Made by a program: the position numbers and the translations under genes. The notes beneath the pieces are model-generated. The model was not told the DNA's origin. It saw only the letters and a program-made list of their open reading frames with translations, and did not search any database. 64,000 bases of DNA from an uncultured bacterium. GTDB taxonomy: Bacteria > Armatimonadota > Abditibacteriia > Abditibacteriales > Abditibacteriaceae. Positions 23,331 through 34,349 of this stretch are shown here, in pieces. Where the stretch lies: assembly GCA_963843795.1 (NCBI GenBank), contig CAWJLW010000004.1, forward strand, positions 1 to 64,000, in the 5' to 3' direction. How positions within the stretch are numbered: position 1 is the first letter of the stretch; each line of letters begins with the position of its first letter.

Positions 23331-24998
23331 TCATATCCCGATTCCTATGCCGACTGATAGGTTCGAGGGCCGCAATTTTTTGAGGCCTACTCCGACTGCA
23401 CTGGCCAAATTAGCCGCCAGTTTTTGATGCGCGCTCGCCAGAAAATGCAGGCCGCCATCGATCTCGCCGGTTGGGTTTGTGCTGGGGTTGTAGAGGGTGA
23501 GATTGACCCCATTCCACGCTTTGGCCGCGTAGATCACTTTGCTGGAATACGTCGGATCGGCGGCGATTTGCTGCAAGGCCGTCGCGCATGCGGCCAGGTT
23601 TAAGCCCTTCGCGCTGGTGGCCCCTTGCGGTGTCGCGGGCGGGATGAGAACAATTTTGCCCGTGGTTGTCAATCCCGTCAATGCGGTATCGACTTGGGCC
23701 AGAACATTGGCTTTGTATTGCGCCGCCGTTGTGGTGTTGGAATTGATGTCGTTGGTGCCTTCCAGCAAAAAACAGTAGTCGAAGCCAGTACGCGCGTAGC
23801 TTACGATGTCGGCTTTACGGCTCGCCTGATTGATCGTATCGGTGCCCTGAATGCCAAGGTTAATATCTTCCCAGCCGCGCGCCTTGCACATTCGCCAAAG
23901 CCAGGAAGCGCGGTTGTCATAGCCCGTGTAAATCAGCCCCGTTGTGGGGTCTGGCGTGACGGTGTAAGGATTGGCTCCCTGCGTGTTACTATCGCCTATC
24001 CCTACGCAGCGTTTAGTCGGGACGGGCAAGCTCGCAGCGCGCGCGGCATTGAATGAACCTTGTGCGACATGATAGCTTTCAAACGGTTCGTTAATGGCAT
24101 GAGCGGCGGTCGCGGCGGGCGTGAAGGTGACTGTCGTGCCCGCGATGGCTGTGATTTTTACGTCTTGGCGATTGGTCGTCGTGCCCAGCCTCACCCAATG
24201 CCCAACCGCTAAATCCGTCGCGCTTGCAACACTGGCAGTGGTGGCTCCCGATGCAACACTGGCAGTTAGTCGCGTTCCGTTGAGCGCGCGAAAGCACGCG
24301 TAAACGTTCGTGGCGTAACTCAAATCATGATAGACGATTGTGTGCGCTGTGTTGCTGAGGCCCGTGCCCACGGTGTAAGGCGCATAAGCGTTGATCGATG
24401 GAAATTGATAAAGGACATCGAGCGCGCCGTCCACTGAAAGCGCATAGTTGCGATTGTTGGAATTGTGAACTAACTCCAAGCCGCTGCCCGTAAACCCGAA
24501 CTGCGCCACGAACGATCCATAGGGGCCAACACTCACACCTGCTGTGTTGCCGCGATCTTCTTTGTAGGCACCTTGGCGCGCGATGAGGGTGGTTTCACTG
24601 GGGCAAGTCAAACCCACGCTGCCATTGGTCAGGTTGTCGAGCAAATAGGCTTGCTTTTTGGCGACCGACACAATTTGTTCGCTCCCGCCGCTCAAGGTGA
24701 AGCCGCGCAGATAAGGATTGTACCGACAGCGCACCAGATGGTTGCCCGCCGCCAATCCGCTCGCCACTACCACATTCCCAAAACCCGTATTGGTGTAGTT
24801 CGTGAACGCACCGCCATCAATCGACACCTCCAGCGAGTTAAACCAGTCGTTGACCTGCAAATCGGTGAAGTGTCCAACAAAGGTCACTTCTTTGTTGTTC
24901 ATACCGAAGTCGTTGCGGATGCGCCCACCCTGCACACCGTGAATCCCATTCACGTCGATTTTACTCAGGTTGGTTGCGATGTCAAAAGTAGAAGGCAT
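23331..24998 (-). CDS. SGNH/GDSL-hydrolase domain fibre/spike protein
   Basis: CVGIGDSNTQG (block I), NLGIQG (II), LLEGTNDI (III), DGGLHF (V). Thr/Gly-rich beta N-terminus. Confidence 0.85.
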   Translation of the reverse strand: MPSTFDIATNLSKIDVNGIHGVQGGRIRNDFGMNNKEVTFVGHFTDLQVNDWFNSLEVSIDGGAFTNYTNTGFGNVVVASGLAAGNHLVRCRYNPYLRGFTLSGGSEQIVSVAKKQAYLLDNLTNGSVGLTCPSETTLIARQGAYKEDRGNTAGVSVGPYGSFVAQFGFTGSGLELVHNSNNRNYALSVDGALDVLYQFPSINAYAPYTVGTGLSNTAHTIVYHDLSYATNVYACFRALNGTRLTASVASGATTASVASATDLAVGHWVRLGTTTNRQDVKITAIAGTTVTFTPAATAAHAINEPFESYHVAQGSFNAARAASLPVPTKRCVGIGDSNTQGANPYTVTPDPTTGLIYTGYDNRASWLWRMCKARGWEDINLGIQGTDTINQASRKADIVSYARTGFDYCFLLEGTNDINSNTTTAAQYKANVLAQVDTALTGLTTTGKIVLIPPATPQGATSAKGLNLAACATALQQIAADPTYSSKVIYAAKAWNGVNLTLYNPSTNPTGEIDGGLHFLASAHQKLAANLASAVGVGLKKLRPSNLSVGIGIGI

Positions 24999-25194
24999 AA
25001 ATTAAGGAGAAGGCATAAATTAAGAAGGAGCTATAAATTAAAAAGTTGTCGCCATAAAATAAACCGTATCGTTTGGTTTTAGCACCTCACGCTCCGGCAG
25101 TTCGGTGGATGAGCCCAAGCGGGCTTCCACCCAACGCTTGCGAGATATCAATTCTAATCCCCATTCCGGGCGTAGTTAAATCTCACCCATGTAG

Positions 25195-25491
25195 TTAAAT
25201 CTCACCCATAATGCCGGTCGCCGTTGTTCCGGTTGCGAACACTTTGCGCACGCGAATCGAATGGGCGATACCAGCAGCCAGCGCACCATCAGGAAACGTG
25301 AGAGTGCGGCCCGCTGCATTGACGACTTTCAAGGTTCCGCTACCGGTAATGCGGATCGCGCGGGTCACATATTCCAATTCGTCGGTGTCGCTGGGCGTAA
25401 CCAGAAACTGGTCGTCGCTGGCGGCGTTGACGCCATCGCGGTATTTGCTCGAATGACGATTGGCGTAAGGGTCTTTGGCTACAATGGGCAT
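25195..25491 (-). CDS. Capsid spike base protein (RcGTA Rcc01079-like)
   Basis: VTPSDTDEL..TRAIRITGSGTLKV....G.TLTF..LAAG..HSIRVRKVFATGTTATGI pattern. Confidence 0.82.
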   Translation of the reverse strand: MPIVAKDPYANRHSSKYRDGVNAASDDQFLVTPSDTDELEYVTRAIRITGSGTLKVVNAAGRTLTFPDGALAAGIAHSIRVRKVFATGTTATGIMGEI

Positions 25492-25609
25492 AATCTCTCC
25501 TTGAGCGGACTGTGTTGGTTGATTCCGGCTCTACTCTTTGTTCCGGCTCTACTCTTTGTTCCGGCACTACTCTTCGTTCTGGCACTATTACCGGTTCTGT
25601 CACTACTCC

Positions 25610-26584
25610 TCATTCCATTCTGCGTTTGGCTGCGTTGATCTGAAGCGAGCCGCCCAGATAGACCGCTTTTTGATGGGTGCCATCGGGCAAGAGTTCGTCA
25701 TTACCGGCCAAGCCACCGACCACAATCGCACTGTTCAAGCGTTGCGCAGTGCGTGGCAGTTCGCGCATGGTCGAAAGCGCCAAACGCGAGTGCTCGGCGC
25801 GCAACTCCTCGACGCGACCGTTCAAACGCAGAGTGAGCGGCGCGTCCAAACCGTTTTGAGCTTTGAGAACAGCGATCTGCGCATGAAGCGCTGCGAGCTG
25901 GGCTTTGAGCGCGTTGAACATCGCGAGTGTGACTTCAGTCGCGGGCTGCCCGTTGTCGTCAGTGCCCGCGCCCAGGGCGTTGATACGCTCGTCCACACTG
26001 CCTTTGGCGCGCGCCGCTGCGTCATAGCCCACATCGGCTTCCAACTGCGCGATGCGCGCGAACAACACATAGCTGTCGACATATCGGCGGCGATCCGTCA
26101 CCCCACCCGCGCTGTCGATCTCAGCCAACAGTTGCGCATTGGGCACGCTTTCATCGGCAGTGACAACAATTGTCGGCGCACTGCCTTCGGTGGTATCAGG
26201 ATCGCCAGGGTTGACTAAATCCAACAATTGCAGCTGCACATAGCGCGGGTCGCTCCCGACCGCAGCGGGCACAATCGGCTCGATCTCATCTTGGGATTGA
26301 ACGACCACGAGATGACCGCGCGTGTGGCGCACGCTCGCGCGCCCAGCGGCCACGACGATTGTGCCGCCCACATTCGAGACTTCAAAATCAGCCGCGCCAA
26401 ACACGCCCTCGCCAATCGCTTCGAGAGCACCGGGCACCTGGGCGCTGAGAACGTTGCCCACGCGATTGAGATAGCGCGCGCCCACATCCGCACCCCGGAC
26501 GAAATTGTTTTTCAGCGCGTAAGACGCCGTTTCGTTTTGTGGCATCAAAAATCCTCGTGCAAGTACGTGCAGAAAGTTATTCAA
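25610..26584 (-). CDS. Hypothetical tail protein with a coiled-coil C-terminus
   Basis: VVAAGRASV..QLLAEI..VTDRRRY, resembling minor tail protein N-termini. Likely start near 26545. Confidence 0.65.
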   Translation of the reverse strand: MNNFLHVLARGFLMPQNETASYALKNNFVRGADVGARYLNRVGNVLSAQVPGALEAIGEGVFGAADFEVSNVGGTIVVAAGRASVRHTRGHLVVVQSQDEIEPIVPAAVGSDPRYVQLQLLDLVNPGDPDTTEGSAPTIVVTADESVPNAQLLAEIDSAGGVTDRRRYVDSYVLFARIAQLEADVGYDAAARAKGSVDERINALGAGTDDNGQPATEVTLAMFNALKAQLAALHAQIAVLKAQNGLDAPLTLRLNGRVEELRAEHSRLALSTMRELPRTAQRLNSAIVVGGLAGNDELLPDGTHQKAVYLGGSLQINAAKRRME

Positions 26585-26596
26585 GTGAACCGCGGT

Positions 26597-26863
26597 TCAC
26601 TTTTTGTATCGTGGTCCACTTTTTCTATTGGTTTGCAGTGGCGCGAGCCAGCCCGCGCTGCCCAGCGGATCGCCACAGCGCAGATAACTCACCCAGTTCC
26701 CGTCGTCGTCATACTCACCACCGTTTTGCACCACTTCGGGTGAACCGCCCGCAAATAGCGTTTCGCGCGCGGGCAGACCGCGCAGGGCCGCACTCAGCGC
26801 GCTATCGACAGCGAGCTGGGTTTGCCTTTGTAAGATCACATCGTCATCGAGAGCACCACTCAT
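26597..26863 (-). CDS. Small hypothetical virion protein
   Basis: GAGG RBS and operon position. Confidence 0.55.
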   Translation of the reverse strand: MSGALDDDVILQRQTQLAVDSALSAALRGLPARETLFAGGSPEVVQNGGEYDDDGNWVSYLRCGDPLGSAGWLAPLQTNRKSGPRYKK

Positions 26864-26901
26864 TCATTTAAACCTCATCATCATTTGCACCTCATCATCA
26901 T

Positions 26902-29661
26902 TTAAACTTCACCTGCCAGAAGCGGAAACACGTTCAAGGTCTGACGGAACGACTCGGCGCCGATTTTGGCTTTGTTCAAACTATCCAACACTTTCAAAAC
27001 CCGAAAACTTTTGCCATCAAAGTTCATGTTGGGATCGCTGTATTTGCCCCGTCCATCGAGATCGCCATTGTTGCGCTGTTTGATGATTACCTTATGGCCC
27101 CATGAAATCTGTTCGTGGCCTCTTGTAAGCGTGAGTGTGGGCCATTGCACATCGACGCCTTCGAGACCTGCCAAGTATAATACCGCCCAGGCGTTGGCGG
27201 CACCGGGAAACCAGAGTTGCGCATCTTGATTGACCAGCGTGCGCGCGCCACCGCTATTTTCTATCGAATTGGGATCACTCGCCGGTAAGCGCGCTTCGGC
27301 CATAATGGTGGCCGGAAAGGGCAAGTTATTACTTTGGGCGCCCGGTGGATTGCTCCACACCAGCACGCGGTTGTGATTGGTGCCGCCGCGCTTGACGGTT
27401 TCCAGGGCGTACAAAATGTAATCCAAATCGCCCGGGTCATAGATCGCATCACTCAGCGTCCAGGTCGGAGCCTTCGCCACCCATTGCCGCCAGTCGGCAT
27501 AAATCGGAACCGGACGACCGGTGCTCGAGCCATCGGGATAGATGATGTGGTCGTGAAAGAACATCATCAGGTCGTCTTTGGCGATCTCGCCGATCAGTTC
27601 GAGCGGGCCGCGTCCCCAGGGGACGGGCAGCAGCGCGTTATTGGTCGTGGCCGGATGTTTGAGAAACGTCACGTAGCCGATGCGGTCGGTCTGGGACGAG
27701 AGCAGCGGCGCTTTATCGGGTATGGCGAACTCTTGCGGGTTGCCGTTGCCGTTGAACAGCGCCGCTTCGGTCGCGCCGAATTCGGTTTCGATGACGTATT
27801 GCACGCAGTCGCCGCCATACAGATAACCACCGCGCCCGTCGTTTTGGTACGCCATCAAAAGCGCCAGGTCGAACAGATAACGATGGTCGATGACCGCGTG
27901 CGCCGCGCTGTAGCGATGGGTTTGATCGTGGCAGGTCAGGCGCATTTTCCACTCGTTGGGCTTGGGATTCGAGAACGCCATATCTTCAATCGTGCCCCGA
28001 AAGCGCTCCTTCCAGGGGCTAAAAGTGCCATCGCGTCGTTGCCAACGAATATCAATCGCGAGCGGTGCGTACTGCTTGACCCAGCTCTGCCAGTCCACGC
28101 CGCGCGTGCGACTGAGATCGTTCAAAATATTGCGCGACAGTTCGAGCGTGAGCGTCGCGCCGCCGGTCTGGGTTTCGGGAGAAGCCGAATCGCGACTGCC
28201 GCTCAACATCGCCGCGCTGATATCCCACTCGTCACCCGTTGAGGTGGTTTCCAGACCCGCGACCAGGCCATTGACCACACTCAAAAACGGGGCGCCCTGG
28301 CCACTGCGCGCGGCGGATAAGGTAATCTCGTATTCGACACCATGGCGATCCACTGTGGCGCTTGGAACGATCTTGGTGCCGCGCCCTTTCCAACCGCCGG
28401 TCGCGATGCGAATGCGCCCGTTTTCGATTGAGGGCGCTGCTTCGCCGCTGGGTGTGGGCGGTAATTTGCGAAAAATGCGCCGCTTGACCGCACCCGTGAG
28501 AGCTTTGTTACCCGTATCGGTCGTCGATAAGAGTTGCACGCCCACGCGCGCACGCACGCCAAAGCAGGTCACATTGAAGCGGCCCGCAGGCCATTCGGCG
28601 TCGATTTCTTCGTAAGTTTTGGGCTGACCTGGTGCGCTTGCACTGTTCTCGATGGAGTCGATGAAGGTGAAGCGATGCTGGTCGATCTGTAAGTGGATCA
28701 TGCCATTCACCAGGCGCACGGCACAATGCGTTTCGCCCGCGAACGCGCTCAAACGCGCCTGGTCATAGCGCGCGCGCGTCGTCCAGTTGGCACCGACCAT
28801 TTCTTCGAGGGTGATGCCGACGCCGTTCTGACTATCGCCGCGAAAGCACAGGCTCCAACGGTTGTCGCCCCAGGCGAAACGAAAGCCCGCCGCGCCCGTG
28901 TGTCCGGGCGCGACCATGATCCATCGAATATCGGTGAGAAATTCCACGCACGCGGGCAGCTTGGCTGCGGTTTCGATCTCTGCCGTGCGATTGGCCAGCG
29001 GTGTCGCCAGTTGCAGGCGCGCGCGCCTCTGGGCATCGAAGGGCACGACAGTTTCCCACGGGCTGAGTGCACTACCCGTCAACTGGGGCTTTTTGTGTCG
29101 CCACTTCAACGTCGGATACGCCGTATTGAGTTTGGGTGACTTCTCGTTGGCGCCCGTGGAAACGAGGAGGCAGTTCTGAGGCACGGCGCGCGGACGCAGG
29201 GTAAAGCCGCCCACACCGCCATCGTTTAGGGTTTTGCCCGCGCTGGCACTCGCACCCGCGCGCGCCAGACCGCTTGGATTGAGCAGTTCGATGTATTCCA
29301 AAGCGGGGTCGATGGAAACGAAGCCCGGTTGCTGTGACCAGGGTTGGGCATTGACGATCGAATTCGCGATGTCCACGAAAGGTTGGAAGGTGCCCGTAAC
29401 CGGAGGCGTTGCATTAGCGCTGCTCGAAGCGCTGTTCAAAGCGCTGTTCAAAGCGCTGTTCAAAGCGCTAGCGCTGGTGTGGGGAGCGAGCACGTTATCG
29501 GCATGGTCTCCCCGGTCGCGCTTGACCAGCCCGCGCATCACATCAAACCAGGCGAAAGCGTCCTGGGCGTTGCGCGAAGCGCCGAGATCGCTCAGCATGC
29601 GCAGGCGGAATTCGGGCAAGTACTTGGATGAGGGAACTTCAAGAGGCGGAGTTTCAGGCAT
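26902..29661 (-). CDS. Large tail-tip/hub-like protein (919 aa)
   Basis: Downstream of the tape measure gene. ERFRGTIEDM..MRLTCHD, NRVLVW and C-terminal SFRVLKV..QTLNV patterns resemble tail-tip proteins. Confidence 0.65.
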   Translation of the reverse strand: MPETPPLEVPSSKYLPEFRLRMLSDLGASRNAQDAFAWFDVMRGLVKRDRGDHADNVLAPHTSASALNSALNSALNSASSSANATPPVTGTFQPFVDIANSIVNAQPWSQQPGFVSIDPALEYIELLNPSGLARAGASASAGKTLNDGGVGGFTLRPRAVPQNCLLVSTGANEKSPKLNTAYPTLKWRHKKPQLTGSALSPWETVVPFDAQRRARLQLATPLANRTAEIETAAKLPACVEFLTDIRWIMVAPGHTGAAGFRFAWGDNRWSLCFRGDSQNGVGITLEEMVGANWTTRARYDQARLSAFAGETHCAVRLVNGMIHLQIDQHRFTFIDSIENSASAPGQPKTYEEIDAEWPAGRFNVTCFGVRARVGVQLLSTTDTGNKALTGAVKRRIFRKLPPTPSGEAAPSIENGRIRIATGGWKGRGTKIVPSATVDRHGVEYEITLSAARSGQGAPFLSVVNGLVAGLETTSTGDEWDISAAMLSGSRDSASPETQTGGATLTLELSRNILNDLSRTRGVDWQSWVKQYAPLAIDIRWQRRDGTFSPWKERFRGTIEDMAFSNPKPNEWKMRLTCHDQTHRYSAAHAVIDHRYLFDLALLMAYQNDGRGGYLYGGDCVQYVIETEFGATEAALFNGNGNPQEFAIPDKAPLLSSQTDRIGYVTFLKHPATTNNALLPVPWGRGPLELIGEIAKDDLMMFFHDHIIYPDGSSTGRPVPIYADWRQWVAKAPTWTLSDAIYDPGDLDYILYALETVKRGGTNHNRVLVWSNPPGAQSNNLPFPATIMAEARLPASDPNSIENSGGARTLVNQDAQLWFPGAANAWAVLYLAGLEGVDVQWPTLTLTRGHEQISWGHKVIIKQRNNGDLDGRGKYSDPNMNFDGKSFRVLKVLDSLNKAKIGAESFRQTLNVFPLLAGEV

Positions 29662-30898
29662 CGGCAGTGATTTCTTCCCAGGTGTTCATCTCATCGTGCG
29701 ACAAATACAAGCGCGTGGTGTTGCCGTCCTTGGCCAGCAAGCGAAACGTCCCATCGTCCAAAAACAAACTGGTGACTTTAGCGGGCAAAGCGGCGCCGTG
29801 CGTGCGTGCGCGGTGCACGATCTGCCACGGCTGACTTTCTTCGCCGCCCCGACGCGCCACCACGCGAATGATTTCGCCCTGTTTCACCAGGTCATCGAGG
29901 TTCTTGCTGCTGTCGATCTCGGTCGCGGTCGCTTGCGACAGCACATAAAGTGTGCTGCCATCTGCGGACGGCACACTCGCGAGCAGCTTGGAATTGTCGT
30001 CTATCGCCATCGTTTGGCTCCACTCTCCCCCATCATCAGAAGAAACCCGCAGTCCGAGCTTCTGCAGCCCCAACTTCTTTTGGCCCAGTACGCACCACAG
30101 CTCACCACCCACGCGATGCGCCCGAAACGCGCTTGGCACTTCATCAATCACAACCGTATCGGTGTCGCGCAGCGCGGGCGCTTCGTGGCGTCGGGTCTGG
30201 GCCATGCGCAGCGCGCCCGCCGCTTTATGAAACCACCAGGTCTTTCCCAAGTACTTGTCGAGACAAATCCTATCACTCGCGGCGAGCTTGAAGCCGAACG
30301 CATAGGTCGCTTCGGTAAGAAGGGTGCCGATGCCCCAGCGGTCGAAAACGCGATCCAGCACACCCCCCGCTGGCAAGTCGCAAAGGTAGCCCGGTGAATA
30401 CCAAGTCCCGAAAAAATCATAGCCCCCAACGGTGGCCACACCTTCGGGTGCAAAGATCGTGTAACCTGTGGTTTCTGAAAACTCGGTCGGAATCGGTGTA
30501 TCGACAGACTGCCAAGCCGTTGTCGGGTCGATGGTTTGGCCATTGATGATCGTGGTTTGTATTTTACCGTTGCCGCCATCCAAAGGTTGCCAGGTCACGA
30601 GACCGATGCCACCGAAAAACGGATCCGTGAGGGCCGTCACAGCGATGCGATAGGTCACTTCCTGTTCGAACAACACCTTGCCCTTGGGCGCATCGAGTAG
30701 TTGATTTTTCCAGCTCGCGCTTATGATCTGAGAAGCAGTCGAAGTAAAGCGCGATAAATCGACGTGAAAAAACAGTTCCTTGCGATAGCGAAACGCCGAA
30801 GCATCTTCGCCATCCATCGGCAGCAAGCCCTTGATGGTGCCCGGTGCCAGACCCGATTCGACATTTTTATACGGGGTGTAAGATTCGGCCATGCGCAA
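29654..30898 (-). CDS. Hypothetical tail protein with BNR/Asp-box-like motifs
   Basis: VSSDDGGEWS and LSHDEMNTW. Overlaps the next gene. Confidence 0.65.
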   Translation of the reverse strand: MRMAESYTPYKNVESGLAPGTIKGLLPMDGEDASAFRYRKELFFHVDLSRFTSTASQIISASWKNQLLDAPKGKVLFEQEVTYRIAVTALTDPFFGGIGLVTWQPLDGGNGKIQTTIINGQTIDPTTAWQSVDTPIPTEFSETTGYTIFAPEGVATVGGYDFFGTWYSPGYLCDLPAGGVLDRVFDRWGIGTLLTEATYAFGFKLAASDRICLDKYLGKTWWFHKAAGALRMAQTRRHEAPALRDTDTVVIDEVPSAFRAHRVGGELWCVLGQKKLGLQKLGLRVSSDDGGEWSQTMAIDDNSKLLASVPSADGSTLYVLSQATATEIDSSKNLDDLVKQGEIIRVVARRGGEESQPWQIVHRARTHGAALPAKVTSLFLDDGTFRLLAKDGNTTRLYLSHDEMNTWEEITADA

Positions 30899-31133
30899 AG
30901 AATTTTAGCAGATGAGAAAAAGTGAACCACGGTGCACTGCAAGTACTTTGCAAAGTACTTTGCGAAGTATTTTGCGCGGTGTTTGTGACTCGAGAACGCG
31001 TTTGTCATCGCTTCTGACGAGATTGACAAGCTTTCGACAAGTTTTGACGAGCATCTTGACCAGCTTATTGACTCCCCTGCTCGTGTTTTTCCTGCATCTT
31101 CTGATTCCACTCAAGACAAAGTGTGAATCGCCA

Positions 31134-33927
31134 TTACACGCCTCGTCGGGCCAGTGAACGATGCTGGGCTTCGACTTTGGCAGCCACGACTTGGGCCATG
31201 AAGCTCGATTGTGGCGTGACTTCTTGGGTCAGGTGCAGATTGATATCGGCGGGTTCATCGGACTTCTTGGCCAGTTTGTCGATGCCGTTGGCCATGCGCT
31301 CAAAGTGATTCCACTGCTTTTCGCGATCTTCGGGCCGCAAGCTTTGACGCCACGCGTCCATGCGTTGGGCCATGTTATCGGTCAAGCCCATACGACCGGT
31401 CATGCCCATGCGCCCGGTTTTTTCGCCTTTGATCGATTGGCCCAGATCGGAAGAAAAGTCGCCCCATGCGTGGACGTTGCGCTGCAAATCCGTGATCCAG
31501 GTTGCCGAGTTTTGGTAACGATTGGCTACCAAGCGCGCTTCAGCGGCTTGGGCTTCGGGACTCCATTTCGCCTTTTCTTCCTCTGTGGGTTTGCGCAACT
31601 GGCCACGCGAGAAGGGATTGTCGGGATGGTTGGGATTCAAGATCGACATCTGTTTGCGCCACTCGTCGGCAACGGTTTGTCGGTCTTTTTCTTTTTGGGT
31701 GTCGGCGGCCTTGTATCCGGCCATGTCGGATTCGGGCACGGTTTTTAGGAACTCATTTTTGGCGCGCACATACGAGCCTGCCACATCCCACACGCGGCCA
31801 TGCATCAGGGCGTTGCCCGCCGCCGCCGCGCCCACGCCCATCGCGGCCATATCGCGAAACCCATTGATCAGCGTGTCGATCATGCCCAAAATTTGCGGCA
31901 GATTGTCGGCGATGCCGGTCAGAGCGCGCCCGACGATTTTGGCGATGGTGCCGAACACATCGACGGCCACGGTCGCGACACCCATCAGTGCCGAAGGCAG
32001 CTCGACGTAAATGTAGCGCGCGACCCCTTTCAAAACGCTACTGATTTCGCCCTTGTTTTCTTTGACCCAACCGACAAACGATTGGAACATCTCGGTCAAG
32101 AACGGGAGCACATCGGCAGCGAATGTCAGCTTCAACCACTCGCCAAAGGTACCCAGTGCGCTACTGCAAAAATCCGATATCCTCGTTGAATTGTTTGATG
32201 GCCGAAGGCGACATGCCACCGAACTCGCTGGCGAAATCCAGACGTTTTTCCAGGCCGCCGCGCGACACGCCCATCATCGGCATCAGCTGCATCGCGTCGT
32301 TGCCCTGAAGCATCATGCGGCCCATCAACGGTCCCATGAAGCCCGGGAACGATTGGAGCATGTTCTGATACTGGTCATGGAGCGATTGCACCCACTTGGA
32401 GGTTTGGAATTCGCCCTGCATCGGCATTCCCTGCACGCCCCAGGCGCTCCCGACAATCGAGCGCACCCACTGCATCTGGCCCATGCCCGAAAACATGCCC
32501 TCGGCCTGGGGACGATTGACGCCCAACATGCCAAGAGTCGCGACCGCCGAGTTCGCCGAAGCATCGCTCATGCCGCTCATGAGCGAAATTTGGCGCACGC
32601 TGGCGGCGTATTGCATTCCGGCATCGGTACAATCTTGCAGGATTTCGACAAAGGACTTGAGCGCTTCTCCGGCGAACTTGAACGCCTCGCCCAATACGCG
32701 CCCGCCGACTTCGCCCATCTTGCCCAGCATCTCGAACCAGCCGCCCAGCATCTTGCTGGCCAGAACACCGAGAATCGAACCGACCAGGCCGCCCACCAGC
32801 GCGCCGAGGGGTCCGGCTCCCAGACCCGCTGCGGCACCGGCGAGCGTAACTCCAATTGTGCCCACCGTGTTGACGACACCGGCCATCAACTTTTTGTGAT
32901 CGGTACCGATTTTAAAGAGCGCTTCGCCGGTATCCACCAAGGTGCTGGTCGTCCGCGAAAACATCGAGGCGAGGGCATTGCCGCTGCGACCAAAGCCCGC
33001 CAGAATGGTGCGCGCCAAGATCTGGGCGATCTCTTGACCCGCGCTGATAATCGCCGTGCTACCGCTGTGGATACCGCTGGCATAGGCTTCGGCCATCTGG
33101 CGTCCCAGCGCGCCCGCGTGCGTGAGGTTGCCCAGTGTGGAAGCGACCAGCAGGGCGATGGCGGTCGCAATGCTGGAAACCGCCGCGCCACTGAGTGCGC
33201 CACCGGGCGTGGATAAGCCCAACTGTTGCCCGATGCCACCGATCACGCCACCGGCGCCACGCGCCACCACGCCCAGAGCACCGCCCGCCGAAGGCAAGGC
33301 TGAAAAAATGCTCCGAAACACATTGACGCCACCAGACAGGATCTGGCTGAGATTGCTCAGTGATTGACCAATGTTCGCGACAGAAAAGGAAAGGCCCGAA
33401 CCGTTGTTGGGATTGGCCGCTCCCCAGTTCACACCCGCACTGGTGCCCGCACGAACTGGCTCGCGACTCCACCCCACGCGCCGCCGACCGTGCCGCCCGA
33501 TGCGTGAACCGCGTTGCCCAGCGACAGGCCCGCTTGCATGGCCGGACTAAACATTCCGCCCATCGTGAGCGAATTGAACAAGCCCCCACCACTGGCACCG
33601 GCAAATAGCGACCACGCGTTGCCAGCACCACCAAGACCACCACCGGGATTACCCGCGCCCGCCGAAGGCCGCCGCCGCCGCGTTGCGCCCCGCCATGCGT
33701 CCGGCGCGCTCACCGGCATCGGCACCCACGCGCCGCCCGATCCGTTCGCCTTCCTTTCCATATTGGGCCAAACCCAGCGCCGCGCCTTCAACCGCGCCCA
33801 CATGGCGACCCGCCGCCGCGCCCGCGTCCGCCGAGCCAGCCGCCGCACCAGCAGCGGCACCAGATGCCGCTGCAACGGCTTCGGCATCGCGCGTGAGTTG
33901 AACGACTTGGGCTGTGGTTAAAGCCAT
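31134..33927 (-). CDS. Tape measure protein, split by frameshifts
   Basis: Ala/Gly-rich amphipathic repeats across 33649-33927, 33429-33887, 32161-33477 and 31134-32219, directly after tail tube and chaperone. Confidence 0.78.
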
Positions 33928-34061
33928 GAAGAAAACAAAAGGGCCAGAAAATGCAAAAAACTAGAAAATGCAAAGAACTGGGAAGTGCAAAGGCCCGAAA
34001 ACGCAAAAACGCCGCTGCAAGTACTTGCAGCGGCGGAGTGCCAGATCAGATTGGTTTGCGG

Positions 34062-34349
34062 TTACGCTTGCTCGACACTGAGCATTTGCTCGGCACTGAG
34101 CAGGGGACGACGGAGGATCGTGAGTTGGCCGGTGTGCCAGAGGAAGGACAAGTGGCGTTTCGATTGTTGCCAGCGCTGGCTTTTTTGTTCGTAAACGATG
34201 CCGTGAGGAGGCGTCATCAAATCGAAAAATTCCATCACGATCCGCCACAGGTGAGGCCGTTCTTTAGCGAATGATTGGGTTGATTCTTCCAGGAGAATCG
34301 CCTTCATCGTCCGGTCGAAAAAAGGATTGCTCGACCTCGCCAAAGCCAC
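34062..34349 (-). CDS. Possible frameshift extension (GT-like) of the tail assembly chaperone
   Basis: Overlaps the chaperone 3' end in the +1 frame across a T6 run. Confidence 0.4.
   Translation of the reverse strand: MALARSSNPFFDRTMKAILLEESTQSFAKERPHLWRIVMEFFDLMTPPHGIVYEQKSQRWQQSKRHLSFLWHTGQLTILRRPLLSAEQMLSVEQA

Noticed and set aside
13963..24998. Diversity-generating retroelement acting on the adhesins
   Set aside because: No reverse transcriptase and no TR/VR pair were seen.
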